A DNA stretch of 64,000 nucleotides from Alphaproteobacteria bacterium (GTDB taxonomy: Bacteria; Pseudomonadota; Alphaproteobacteria; Rs-D84). The translations under genes and the position numbers were made by a program. The stretch lies in assembly GCA_017471445.1 (NCBI GenBank), contig JAFUTJ010000015.1, positions 25,352-89,351 of the forward strand. Direction: 5' to 3'. Position 1 is the first letter of the stretch. Each line of letters opens with the position of its first letter. Below, one piece after another: positions 18,542 to 28,734 of this stretch. The notes under the pieces are model-generated. The model saw nothing but the letters and a program-made list of their open reading frames with translations. It was not told where the DNA came from and searched no databases.

Positions 18542-20317
18542 TTAACCCAAATCCTTTAACAATTCTTGCATTACGGCGGCGACGGTACGCGCGGCACTGC
18601 CCGATGAACCGGAATGTTCTGTAATTGCACAAACTGCAAATCGCGGGTTTACCGTTGGTGCATAACCAACAAACAGACCGTGATTGCGCATATTCCACTT
18701 TAATTGTTCATTTGTTAAAACACCACGGGCGCGTTCGGCCTTGGAAATACTGCGCACCTGGGATGTGCCAGTTTTTCCACCCATTTTCATACCACGCACA
18801 TTTATTGCAGACCCAGATGCCGTGCCACCTGATTGGGTTACCATTTCCAGCCCCTTTAACACCGATGCAATATTTTTTTCTTGTAACCCCAATTCATCAA
18901 ACGTCAACGCATCGCCAGATAAAATCAGGCGTGGCATCACAACACGGTTTGATGCGACACGTGCCATCATTACGGCCAATTGCAAACAGTTTGCCAGAAT
19001 AAATCCCTGGCCAATACCGGAAATAACCGTGTCTCCCTGGACCCAGCGCGTGCCAGTTGTTTTTTCTTTCCATTTTCTGTCTGGAATAATACCCGGCATT
19101 TCACGCGCCAAAATATCATCCATATATTTTTCCATCAGCCCCAATTTTAATGCCATTGCCTTAATCGCATCAATACCGATTTTTAACGCCAATTGGTAAA
19201 AATATATGTCACAAGAATGCGCCAACGCACCGGCCAAGTTTACCCGTCCGTGCCCTTTGTGTTCCCAGCAATGATATCGCCGGTCGCCAAAATCCCAATG
19301 TCCTGGACAATAAACGGTATCATTTGGTGTGATTGCCCCAGATTCCAATGCCGCCAATGCAACAATTATCTTGAACGTTGAACCAGGTGGGTACAACCCT
19401 TCGATTGTTTTATTCATAAATGGTTTTGCATAATCCCCGCGCAGCATTTCAATATATTCTTCGCCGTCGTCGTTATTAAATGCGTTTGGGTCAAAACTGG
19501 GGGTGGATGCCATGGCCAGTATATCACCGGTCGTAATATCAATCGCAACACCGCAACCGGCATGATATGTTGTTAATTTATCGTATAATACGCGCTGGGC
19601 ATTTTCGTTTATTGTTGTACTAACGTCAATCCCCATAATTGGTGCGATATATTGCGATTTATCTTCGCCGGTGGTACGACCAACCGCATTAGTAATCGCA
19701 ACCGTCTGCCCAGGGATACCAGCCATATCATCATTAAACCGTTTTTCCAGCCCCGTAATACCCGTGGTATAAAACGGTGCATTTGCAACCGCACGTTCTG
19801 GCGCACCAACATAACCAAAAATCTGGGCACCGGCTGGTCCCATTTCATATATACGCCCAAATCCACTGCGCACGTGCAGACCGGGCAAATTTTTTGCACT
19901 TAATTTTGCCAATTCACCCCAATTTGTATTTTCACTGATTAAAACCGGCTGAAACTTTGCCTGTTTTTTTATTTTGGCATAGATACGTTTTATACGCTTT
20001 TGCGATAAACCTAAATCATTCGCCGCCGTCGCAATCAGTCCATCCAAATCTTCTGTTTCTTCGGGTATTATATATATACGATATATCGGACCATCGCGCG
20101 AAATCGGCGCACCGTTACGCGACAATATACGTCCACGTTCGGGTTGATTTAATTGAATGCGAAATGAATTATTTTCACTTTTTCGTTTATATTCACGATA
20201 ACTGAATACCTGCATCTGTAACATTCGCAGCACCAGCGCAGACGTCAATATTGCCCCACCGGTCAAGAATAACGCACTGCGTCGATCAAATTGGCGTGAA
20301 ACTTCGGTATCAATCAT
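18542..20317 (-). CDS. mrdA: Penicillin-binding protein 2 (elongasome transpeptidase)
   Basis: Motifs SxxK (GSTFK), SxN (SCD) and KTG(T) in order. It has an N-terminal membrane anchor. Its position between mreD and rodA supports the call. Confidence 0.9.
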   Translation of the reverse strand: MIDTEVSRQFDRRSALFLTGGAILTSALVLRMLQMQVFSYREYKRKSENNSFRIQLNQPERGRILSRNGAPISRDGPIYRIYIIPEETEDLDGLIATAANDLGLSQKRIKRIYAKIKKQAKFQPVLISENTNWGELAKLSAKNLPGLHVRSGFGRIYEMGPAGAQIFGYVGAPERAVANAPFYTTGITGLEKRFNDDMAGIPGQTVAITNAVGRTTGEDKSQYIAPIMGIDVSTTINENAQRVLYDKLTTYHAGCGVAIDITTGDILAMASTPSFDPNAFNNDDGEEYIEMLRGDYAKPFMNKTIEGLYPPGSTFKIIVALAALESGAITPNDTVYCPGHWDFGDRRYHCWEHKGHGRVNLAGALAHSCDIYFYQLALKIGIDAIKAMALKLGLMEKYMDDILAREMPGIIPDRKWKEKTTGTRWVQGDTVISGIGQGFILANCLQLAVMMARVASNRVVMPRLILSGDALTFDELGLQEKNIASVLKGLEMVTQSGGTASGSAINVRGMKMGGKTGTSQVRSISKAERARGVLTNEQLKWNMRNHGLFVGYAPTVNPRFAVCAITEHSGSSGSAARTVAAVMQELLKDLG

Positions 20318-20765
20318 GTTTCACCCCACGTATTATTTCAGACAATGGAAAATACACCAGTGTTGCAAACACATAACACCATATGGTCCGCAATACCACA
20401 TTCCATGAAATATTAATTATGGCCGGTATAAATAATGCCGCAAACAAAAATACCATAAATGCCCCAATCGCATTACGTTCCAACCGCGTAATATCAATCA
20501 AATCTTGGAACCCATTCGCCGCATAGACCAAGCAATACAACCCGGTCCAAAAAAAGTGCGACGAAAAATTATAATCCAATAAAAAGCACATAATGACAGA
20601 AAAAGCCGGGAACCATGCAATACGCAAAATAAAAGAACAGTAAAATATTGGAATTATTGCCAAAAAACCACCCGGATTCCAGAACGGATGTTCCATCCGC
20701 CACAAAAACAACGTTAATGCGAACGGGAACAAAACACGCAAAACTTCAACTATTTTGCCATTCAT
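20310..20765 (-). CDS. mreD: Rod shape-determining protein MreD
   Basis: 151-aa polytopic membrane protein lying between mreC and mrdA. Confidence 0.7.
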   Translation of the reverse strand: MNGKIVEVLRVLFPFALTLFLWRMEHPFWNPGGFLAIIPIFYCSFILRIAWFPAFSVIMCFLLDYNFSSHFFWTGLYCLVYAANGFQDLIDITRLERNAIGAFMVFLFAALFIPAIINISWNVVLRTIWCYVFATLVYFPLSEIIRGVKHD

Positions 20766-21619
20766 CTGTATTCATTGCCATCATCAAATTGTAGAATCAT
20801 AACCCGCGAAATCCCACGCGGTGAAATTACATCAACATCTGTATCATTTTTCATTGTACCAACAAATATTCCACTGGGTAATATTCCACTGATTGCACTG
20901 GTAATTAATTTTATATCACGCGCGGGTTGAAATTCTGGGTCACTGAAAAAACCAAGCGTTGGAACACCCGACCCATTGCCACGCAAGAAACCATAAACCT
21001 CGGACCCTGCAATACGAACCGCAATATTTGTATCAGAATCAATCAATGTACGCACACGCGCATTACGTCTGGTTACATCAACGATAATCCCAACCAACCG
21101 TTCATCCATTGAAACAACAACCTGGCCCATGGCAATACCATCGGCCGTACCACGATTAACAAAAAATGTATTGTGCGCAATCGCACCATTTTCATGAATA
21201 ACATCTGCAATAATAACATTATGCGAATTTGTCGACACAACATCTAATTCACGCGCTAATTTCTGACTCTCGTGTATTGCGACATCACATTCATTTTGGC
21301 GTGCCAATGCCGCCGCCAACCGCGCACGCAATTCTTCGTTTTCAACCCGCAAGCCCGAAATATCACGCAAACCCGAAATACCATATCCAACGACACGCAC
21401 CGGCCATGACACAACATCACCCAACCCGCGCGCGACCGGCAACACAACATGCGACATACTGTTCATAATCACATAATCTGGTTTTGCAACCATAACGTAT
21501 ATAACGATAACCGGCAATGCCGCGGCCGCAACAGCCGCCTTAATCAAATTACACACCCGGGAAGATAGTTTATTCTGTTGCATCGGCCAGATTTTAGACG
21601 CTAAAAAACCAATATTCAA
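20762..21619 (-). CDS. mreC: Rod shape-determining protein MreC
   Basis: N-terminal anchor, a coiled-coil (ENEELRARLAAALARQNE), and MreC beta-domains. Confidence 0.8.
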   Translation of the reverse strand: MNIGFLASKIWPMQQNKLSSRVCNLIKAAVAAAALPVIVIYVMVAKPDYVIMNSMSHVVLPVARGLGDVVSWPVRVVGYGISGLRDISGLRVENEELRARLAAALARQNECDVAIHESQKLARELDVVSTNSHNVIIADVIHENGAIAHNTFFVNRGTADGIAMGQVVVSMDERLVGIIVDVTRRNARVRTLIDSDTNIAVRIAGSEVYGFLRGNGSGVPTLGFFSDPEFQPARDIKLITSAISGILPSGIFVGTMKNDTDVDVISPRGISRVMILQFDDGNEYR

Positions 21620-21720
21620 TAAAAACTTGATTTTTCATTTTATTGTGCCACAATATGCGTACATTAAACGCCAAAGTGGCAATGGCATTGCCATCCGGCG
21701 GTAGAAAAAAGAGGTAAAAA

Positions 21721-21924
21721 ATGCCAAAATTAAAAACCAAGTCGTACTTGAAAAAGCGCGCATCAATGACTGCAACTGGTAAAATCCGCGTTGCTAGAAA
21801 TGCCCACAAAAAATTATTGCGCAAAAAATCCGCGCGTGCGAATAACGCCGGGTCAAAGCCGCAGTATCTGAATGAAAACATGGTGCCCCAGGCGAAAATC
21901 TTGGCACCGTATGGATTGAAATAA
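21721..21924 (+). CDS. rpmI: 50S ribosomal protein L35
   Basis: MPKLKTKSYLKKRASMTATGKI... matches L35. Confidence 0.9.
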   Translation: MPKLKTKSYLKKRASMTATGKIRVARNAHKKLLRKKSARANNAGSKPQYLNENMVPQAKILAPYGLK

Positions 21925-21936
21925 TAGGGGGCAATC

Positions 21937-22305
21937 ATGGCAAGAGTTAAACGCGGGACAACCGTCAGACAAAAACACAATAAAATCTTAGAACGTGCCA
22001 AAGGCTATCTGGGCCGTCACAGCACAACATATCGTGCGGCACGCGAAAAAACAGAAAAGGCCGGTCAGTATGCATATCGCGACCGTCGCGTTAAGAAACG
22101 TGATTTTCGCAGTTTGTGGATTGTTCGTATAAACGCCGCAACACGCATGGCAGGCCTGACATACAGCCAGTTTATGAACGGATTAAAGAAAGCCGGAATT
22201 GAACTGGACCGCAAAGTTTTGGCCGAAATGGCATATGCAGGTGATGCAAACTTTGCACAATTGGTTGAAACGGCAAAACGATTTATCGGCGGCAAAGGAA
22301 AATAA
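21937..22305 (+). CDS. rplT: 50S ribosomal protein L20
   Basis: [24 protein letters not shown]...[21 protein letters not shown] matches L20. Confidence 0.95.
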   Translation: MARVKRGTTVRQKHNKILERAKGYLGRHSTTYRAAREKTEKAGQYAYRDRRVKKRDFRSLWIVRINAATRMAGLTYSQFMNGLKKAGIELDRKVLAEMAYAGDANFAQLVETAKRFIGGKGK

Positions 22306-22386
22306 CCCCTTGGCGGCAATAGTTTGTTTTGTCATAATAAAGCCGTCATGCCGACGGCTTTTGATTTTTTGTTAAGGGAAATAAAG

Positions 22387-23334
22387 ATGCAGGAACAAAT
22401 AAAAAATACAAACACATTACAAGAATTACAGAATCTGTATACGTCTGTGTTTGGAAAAAACGGAACAATGACCGCGCGATTAAAAACCATGCGTGATTTA
22501 GATAATAACGCACGTGCCGAATTAAACCGCGAAAACACTACATTGCGCGAATTGTTCAAGACGCGCCAGGCCGAATTAGAAAATGCCGCAATGATGGCAG
22601 AAATGGCCCATGAAAAATTAGATGCAACATTAAATCCAGAACCAGAAAATCGCGGGACACTGCACCCATTAACACAAAGTTTACGCGAAATTTCCGAAAT
22701 CTTGGAATCATTTGGCTATGAACGCCGTACCGGCCCAGAAATCGAAGATGACTGGCATAACTTTACCGCACTGAATACACCGGCATATCACCCGGCACGC
22801 GACATGCAAGATACTTTCTTTTTGGCAAACGGTAATGTAATGCGCACCCAAACATCTGCAATTCAGATTCGCACCATGGAAGAAACAGGTGTACCGGTAA
22901 AAATATTCGGTATCGGCGCAACATATCGCAAAGAAATGGATGCTACGCATTCACCTATGTTTCATCAAATCGAAGGGCTATATATCGACAAAAATATAAC
23001 CATGACAGATTTGATTGGTGATGTACGCGCATTCTTGAAACGTTTCTTTAATATGAATGATATTGAATTGCGTATTCGCCCATCATATTTTCCTTTTACC
23101 GACCCATCAATTGAAATTGACATGAAATGGCGTGGTCAAAAATGGTTGGAAATTATGGGTGCCGGCATGGTACACCCGAATGTTTTACGCAACTGTAACA
23201 TTGATCCCGATGTTTATCAAGGTTTTGCCTTTGGTTTTGGATGGGACAGATTGGCAATGTTAAAGTACAACTTGGATGATATTCGCGAATTTTATAACAG
23301 TGATGTGCGCTGGCTGCGCGATGCAGGTTTTTAA
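22387..23334 (+). CDS. pheS: Phenylalanine--tRNA ligase alpha subunit
   Basis: Class II aaRS motifs, including FPFTDPSIEID and GAGMVHPNVL. The start was chosen at MQEQ, which has an AAGGGA RBS. The ORF track begins earlier, at 22324. Confidence 0.9.
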   Translation: MQEQIKNTNTLQELQNLYTSVFGKNGTMTARLKTMRDLDNNARAELNRENTTLRELFKTRQAELENAAMMAEMAHEKLDATLNPEPENRGTLHPLTQSLREISEILESFGYERRTGPEIEDDWHNFTALNTPAYHPARDMQDTFFLANGNVMRTQTSAIQIRTMEETGVPVKIFGIGATYRKEMDATHSPMFHQIEGLYIDKNITMTDLIGDVRAFLKRFFNMNDIELRIRPSYFPFTDPSIEIDMKWRGQKWLEIMGAGMVHPNVLRNCNIDPDVYQGFAFGFGWDRLAMLKYNLDDIREFYNSDVRWLRDAGF

Positions 23335-23351
23335 TCAAAGGAAATACAAAA

Positions 23352-25655
23352 ATGAAATGGACACTTGATTGGTTGCATGAATATCTGAAAACAAACGCAA
23401 CAGTGGACGATATTGCAAATACACTGACGCGGATTGGATTAGAAGTCGAAGATTTAATTAAACCGATATCGCCAATCGCGGCAAAGATTGTTGAATGTCG
23501 CCCCCATGAAAACAGCGACCATTTACATGTTTTAATGGTTGATGATGGCGGCCCTGCCCTGCGCCAAGTTGTTTGTGGTGCACCAAATGCGCGTGTTGGA
23601 TTGGTGTCTGCATTGGCGGTACCGGGGTGCATTATCCAAGGGCACGAAATCACATCTGGTAAATTACGCGGTGTATTGTCCGATGGCATGATGTGCAGCG
23701 GACGCGAACTGGGACTGAATGACGATCATAGCGGTATTATTGAACTGGCCCCAGATGTTATACCCGGCACACCGGTTATTGACATGCCAATTGTGTTTGA
23801 CGCAGGTATCACCCCAAATCGCCCGGATTATTTGGCGGTTCGCGGTGTTGCGCGCGACTTAGCAGCGGCGGGCATTGGTGAATACATTGAACCAACCGAT
23901 GGCGAATTTAACGTTTCTGGTAACGCACGCCAGGTAAATATAAAAACAGATAAATGTCGCACATATAAACTGGCCGAAATTCATGACATAAAAATATGTC
24001 AAAGCAACAGAACAATCGCCACACGTTTGACCGCAATTGGAATTAATCCCAAGAGTGCCCCAATCGACACAACAAACTATATTTGCTTTGACATGGGCCA
24101 ACCGATGCATTGCTTTGATGCAGATGAAATTAACGGCAATATTACCGTACGCAATGCGGCACCAGACGAAGAATTTATTGATTTGTTTGGAAATGCACAT
24201 AAACTGATACCAACCGATATTGTTATTGCCGATGATACAGGTGTATTGGCATTGGCGGGGGTTATTGGTGGCGCACGTGGCATGACGGGCGAAAACACAA
24301 AAAATATTATACTGGAAAGCGCGTATTTTGACCCCGTGTGCGTTCGCAAAACATCTAAACGATTGGGCATATCAACCGATGCATCGTATAGATATGAACG
24401 CGGCATTGACCCAACGATTACCGGTGCGGCACTAATGCGTGCAGTTCAGATTATAACAGACACATGCGGCGGCAACGTTGTCGGATTTTCTGCGGCGGGT
24501 TCTGACACACTGACCCCGGTAAAAATTGAATTTATGCCGGAAATATTCGCCACCAAAACAGGTGTCGAAATGCAAATTGAAACGATGCGAGAAATCCTGA
24601 CAAATCTGGGGTACACAGGCACATTTTCCGGACGGCGGTGGACATTATCCCCACGGGCGGCACGTGTTGATGTTACAATTCCAGAAACAATTGTTGCCGA
24701 TTTAATCCGCATATATGGCTATGAAAAAATCGCCAACACAAATACCCATACAATGGGCGATTCACATCATACCCCTGATACGGATTTGACGATAAAACAA
24801 TTATTGGCGGCACGCGGTCTGAATGAATGCAAATCATTTGGTTTTGGATGTGCACGCGATGAAGAATTATTATCAGAACGCCCAATAATAAAAATCGCCA
24901 ATCCAATAACCGCGGATTTAGACACGGCACGAAATGGATTACTGGGCGGGTTATTGCGCGCAGTTTCTGAAAATGAAAAGCGCGGATTCCCAAACCTAGA
25001 TTTGTTTGAGGTGGGGACCGTCTTTACCGGCGACACACCATGCGCACAACACAGTGAAGTATGTATTGTTCGAACTGGAACGACATCACCACGCCATTGG
25101 ATGCGCCGTAATCGCAATGTTGATATTTATGATGTAAAAGCCGACATAATTGCATTAATGCGTGGCCAGAAATTTACTGTTGAAACCGACAATGCGCCAC
25201 GTTGGGCACATCCATTTCGATATGGTCGCATTGTCCAGGGTAAAAATGCAATCGCGGAATTTGGTGAATTACACCCGGCTGTTGCACGCGCGATGCATAT
25301 AAAAACAAACGTTGTTGTTGCAATTGTATTTGATACAGAAAAATGTCCAAAGACCCATCGACGTGGTAACATGCGGCATTCAGAATTTCAACCAATTACA
25401 CGTGATTTCGCATTTGTTGTTGACCAACAATTCCCCGCAGAAAAAATTATTGCCGCGGCAATGACGGCCGACAATCGAATCTGTGATGCGATTGTATTTG
25501 ATGCGTTTACAATGGATGAAAACCATAAATCAATTGCATTTACATTGACAATTATCCCAACCGATAATATGTCTGATTCTGATTTAATTAATTTACAAAA
25601 CGCGGTTATTCAGAATGTTGAAACGAAATGCAACGCACAAATTCGTGACAAATAA
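23352..25655 (+). CDS. pheT: Phenylalanine--tRNA ligase beta subunit
   Basis: 767 aa. It has an N-terminal tRNA-binding domain, B3/4 and B5 domains, and a C-terminal FDX-ACB region, directly after pheS. Confidence 0.9.
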   Translation: MKWTLDWLHEYLKTNATVDDIANTLTRIGLEVEDLIKPISPIAAKIVECRPHENSDHLHVLMVDDGGPALRQVVCGAPNARVGLVSALAVPGCIIQGHEITSGKLRGVLSDGMMCSGRELGLNDDHSGIIELAPDVIPGTPVIDMPIVFDAGITPNRPDYLAVRGVARDLAAAGIGEYIEPTDGEFNVSGNARQVNIKTDKCRTYKLAEIHDIKICQSNRTIATRLTAIGINPKSAPIDTTNYICFDMGQPMHCFDADEINGNITVRNAAPDEEFIDLFGNAHKLIPTDIVIADDTGVLALAGVIGGARGMTGENTKNIILESAYFDPVCVRKTSKRLGISTDASYRYERGIDPTITGAALMRAVQIITDTCGGNVVGFSAAGSDTLTPVKIEFMPEIFATKTGVEMQIETMREILTNLGYTGTFSGRRWTLSPRAARVDVTIPETIVADLIRIYGYEKIANTNTHTMGDSHHTPDTDLTIKQLLAARGLNECKSFGFGCARDEELLSERPIIKIANPITADLDTARNGLLGGLLRAVSENEKRGFPNLDLFEVGTVFTGDTPCAQHSEVCIVRTGTTSPRHWMRRNRNVDIYDVKADIIALMRGQKFTVETDNAPRWAHPFRYGRIVQGKNAIAEFGELHPAVARAMHIKTNVVVAIVFDTEKCPKTHRRGNMRHSEFQPITRDFAFVVDQQFPAEKIIAAAMTADNRICDAIVFDAFTMDENHKSIAFTLTIIPTDNMSDSDLINLQNAVIQNVETKCNAQIRDK

Positions 25656-25679
25656 ATCACATATTAAAAACAACAACAA

Positions 25680-25705
25680 ATCCCGACAAACGCCGGGATT
25701 TTTTA
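25680..25705 (+). terminator. Rho-independent terminator after pheT
   Basis: ATCCCG, an 8-nt loop, CGGGAT, then TTTTTT. Confidence 0.45.
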
Positions 25706-25736
25706 ATCATGTTTTATTAAAGCATGCAAAAACTAT

Positions 25737-26816
25737 CTAATTATTGAACAAGAAATGACAAATATCGCCTGGTTGCATTACATAATCACGACCAACGGTT
25801 CGCATTTTACCCGCCTCCTTAACCGCTAATTCCCCACCCAGCCCCAGCCAATCATCTGGCGAAATAATTTCGGCACGAATAAAACCACGCTCAAAATCCG
25901 TATGTATTTTACCGGCGGCCATCGGTGCGGTCATGCCACGCGTAATTGTCCATGCGTGCGCCTCTTTTGGGCCAACGGTATAAAACGTCTGTAATCCTAA
26001 TGTTTCATAGCCAGTTTTTATAACTTGGTCTAATCCAGATTGGGTCAGCCCCAATTCATCCAAGAACATCTTGCGTTCATCTGCATCAACAATTTGTGCA
26101 ATTTCCATTTCTATTTTTGATGAAATTATCAATACTGGATTTTCGTTCCCGAATTTTTCACGCACGACATCTGAATATTTATTTCCGGTTGCGGCCGCAG
26201 ATTCTTCAACATTACAAACATAAATAACCGGTTTGGCCGTCAACAGGTTAAATGGCACAGAATCAACACCTGTTTTTCGCGCAGGCGTACCATTTTCCAA
26301 TGCGTGCTTTATCGTATTTGCGGCATCTAATAATTTCGCCGCATCTTTGTCCAAACCACGTGCTTTCTTTTCCAGGTTTTTAATCTGCTTTTCCAAACTG
26401 TCCAAATCCGCCAGTGCCAATTCTGTTTCAATCGTATCAATATCGCCGATTGGATCAATTCGCCCATTTACATGAACAATATCATCATTATCAAAACATC
26501 GAACAACATGAATTATCGCATCGGTTGATAATATATTTCCCAAGAATTTATTTCCCAAACCTTCACCGGTTGATGCGCCACGAACCAGACCCGCAATATC
26601 AACAATTTCCAACTGGGTCGGTATAACCTTGGCTGCATTAACCGATGCCGCCAATTTCAGCAATGTTTCATCTGGCACAACAACACGGCCGGTATTCGGT
26701 TCAATCGTGCAAAACGGATAATTTTGCGCATCAGCCGCCGCACTTTGTGTTAATGCATTAAACAGTGTTGATTTACCGACATTCGGCAACCCAACAATTC
26801 CACAGTTGAATCCCAT
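25737..26816 (-). CDS. ychF: Redox-regulated ribosome-binding ATPase YchF
   Basis: Starts at MGFNCGIVGLPNVGKSTLFNALT (G1 motif). It has a C-terminal TGS domain and is 360 aa. Confidence 0.9.
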   Translation of the reverse strand: MGFNCGIVGLPNVGKSTLFNALTQSAAADAQNYPFCTIEPNTGRVVVPDETLLKLAASVNAAKVIPTQLEIVDIAGLVRGASTGEGLGNKFLGNILSTDAIIHVVRCFDNDDIVHVNGRIDPIGDIDTIETELALADLDSLEKQIKNLEKKARGLDKDAAKLLDAANTIKHALENGTPARKTGVDSVPFNLLTAKPVIYVCNVEESAAATGNKYSDVVREKFGNENPVLIISSKIEMEIAQIVDADERKMFLDELGLTQSGLDQVIKTGYETLGLQTFYTVGPKEAHAWTITRGMTAPMAAGKIHTDFERGFIRAEIISPDDWLGLGGELAVKEAGKMRTVGRDYVMQPGDICHFLFNN

Positions 26817-26844
26817 GTAAAAGTCCTTTATAATCAACGATAAT

Positions 26845-27525
26845 ATGGCATACATGTGGAACGAATTCAATATAAAACCAATACGTGCGGAAACAATTGT
26901 TTACCGCGATGGTGTATTTTTACCAGACGTGTCAACAATTGAAAACGGGCCAATTAACCGTAAATATGGATTGCCGGTACATGTTATTTATGTTGGTGAA
27001 ATTACCGGCGAAAATGCATTAAATATTGAAATAAACATTGAAAACCAACCGGTGTTTTTATCGGTAAACATAACAAATAAAACACCAACAATTTTTAATA
27101 TTTTTGTAAAAAATACCGGTAAAAAATCTGACTTTCGCGCGCACGTAATGTTAAATAATTCGGGTGAATTAAATTACCAATGCACGGCGCACCACACGGC
27201 CCCAGAAACAACAATTTTATTTCAGACAAAATTAATTGCCAACCGCGATTCAAAATCTAAAATTGCCGGCACGGCAATAATTGATAAAAATTGCGATGAT
27301 TGTATGTCCGACATCGGGTTTACCGCAATGGCAGACCGTTCGGCAAAAATATCATTTTTACCGGCCCAACGAATATTATCTGTACCACAACGGGCCGACC
27401 ATGGTGCGGCAATATACCGCCCAACCGATGCCCAGGTTTTATATTTGCGTGAATCCGGCCTATCCGGGGCAGAGGTTGATGATACCATGAAAGTGGCGTT
27501 CATGAACGATTTCGATTTATTCTGA
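26845..27525 (+). CDS. SufB/SufD-family protein (short, stand-alone)
   Basis: The C-terminus PTDAQVLYLRESGLSGAEVDDTMKVAFMNDF resembles the conserved SufB/SufD C-terminal helix (eQLFYLrSRGisEeeA...). No sufBC genes are adjacent. Confidence 0.45.
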   Translation: MAYMWNEFNIKPIRAETIVYRDGVFLPDVSTIENGPINRKYGLPVHVIYVGEITGENALNIEINIENQPVFLSVNITNKTPTIFNIFVKNTGKKSDFRAHVMLNNSGELNYQCTAHHTAPETTILFQTKLIANRDSKSKIAGTAIIDKNCDDCMSDIGFTAMADRSAKISFLPAQRILSVPQRADHGAAIYRPTDAQVLYLRESGLSGAEVDDTMKVAFMNDFDLF

Positions 27526-28449
27526 TTCCCGCCCATAAATAAATTCACTGGTACCGGAATTTTGGTGGAATTTTTGTTCCATCATGTCCCACATACCGTT
27601 ACTGGGCACCGTGTAATCGCCGATTCGTAATCCCGCCGGCACCGGAACCATGGTACGAATAATATCGTTAGAACGGCTGATGGTTATATCATATAGTTTT
27701 GCGATTGTTTTTGTATCACTGCTCGGATGAAGTAAAGTTATATTCTTGTCATTACCGTCAAAGTCAAAATAATTTATGTTTCTTACAACATCATCAAATA
27801 TAATATATCCAGAATTATTATAATTAAACATCAATGTGTATTTGTGATTCATAACAAGTTCATTAACCGATAATACCGGATTAGAATAACCAGAACCAGG
27901 CCCATAACCACAGGTAAATAACGTAACCCCATTATTGGTTCCACAATAAAAATGCGGGGAATATGTCGCAAATATTGGCGATGCCAGTTCGGTCAATTGA
28001 ATATATGCAAAATGCGTTTTAACGCCAACATTGTTTGCAGGGACAACATTTGTGCGAATTAATTGTTCACCGCTTGATTGAATATACACATCTGGGTCGG
28101 CATTAATCAGTTTACCGCCCGCAATTGTGTACCATGGACTGTAATCTGCGTGTAATACAATGTCGTGCGTATATGCGTACGGAATTGTTGTATTTGATGT
28201 AATAATTGTGTCACTGTCACCCACACGCCATGCGGGCGCATTGTTACAACCAACACCGGTTGTAAAGTTATTACCATACGCGGTGCTTTGTTGTGTTGGG
28301 GCATTCCCACCCGCCGGACAATCGTATGTTACGGTATATTGTTTCGGTATACAGAACTTTACATTTTCTGGTAATTCGGCATTTGCATTTGCCCAGAACA
28401 ACATCAAACCAAACAACACAGAAAACAACGATGATAATTTGTGTGTCAT
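27517..28449 (-). CDS. Secreted protein, family B paralog 1
   Basis: It starts at MTHKLSSLFSVLFGLMLFWANANA (signal peptide). Residues 1 to about 115 are nearly identical to 45659-46630. The rest is homologous but diverged (PHFYCG, FNYNNSG.IIFD, VPxGLRIGxYxVPxNGM, IYGR). Confidence 0.75.
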   Translation of the reverse strand: MTHKLSSLFSVLFGLMLFWANANAELPENVKFCIPKQYTVTYDCPAGGNAPTQQSTAYGNNFTTGVGCNNAPAWRVGDSDTIITSNTTIPYAYTHDIVLHADYSPWYTIAGGKLINADPDVYIQSSGEQLIRTNVVPANNVGVKTHFAYIQLTELASPIFATYSPHFYCGTNNGVTLFTCGYGPGSGYSNPVLSVNELVMNHKYTLMFNYNNSGYIIFDDVVRNINYFDFDGNDKNITLLHPSSDTKTIAKLYDITISRSNDIIRTMVPVPAGLRIGDYTVPSNGMWDMMEQKFHQNSGTSEFIYGRESE

Positions 28450-28690
28450 ATCTTTTTTTCCTCCCTGTTCCTTTATTTTTTCTAATAAAAAATATCCCAC
28501 GCGAAAACCGCAGTGGTTGGAGGTTCATAACTACAATAAGGTATAGCGGGCCTATTCAATATATTCAGCACCCCTCCAACCAAATTTAGATTGGAGATTT
28601 ACTATCGCCGCCCATACGGCAATACCTTATTTCAGGGTTATGACGCCCCAACACGTGCGAACACGCGTCGCGATAATATTAAATCATATT
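28450..28690 (-). promoter_or_regulatory. Conserved 5' leader of family B genes (copy 1) with long hairpin GGTTGGAGG...CCTCCAACC (28515-28581)
   Basis: Immediately upstream of the ATG, 74 nt are identical to 45585-45658. A 9-bp inverted repeat encloses about 50 nt. Further upstream similarity extends to the GCGACG...TGGGGCGTCA block. Confidence 0.45.
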
Positions 28691-28734
28691 TTAGAATAAA
28701 ACCACCATAATTTAGAATCTGTGGCAAAACATTT

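Noticed and set aside
21594-22001. 135-aa minus-strand ORF spanning the rpmI region
   Set aside because: It is antisense to the L35 gene and its leader. The L35 and L20 calls are unambiguous.
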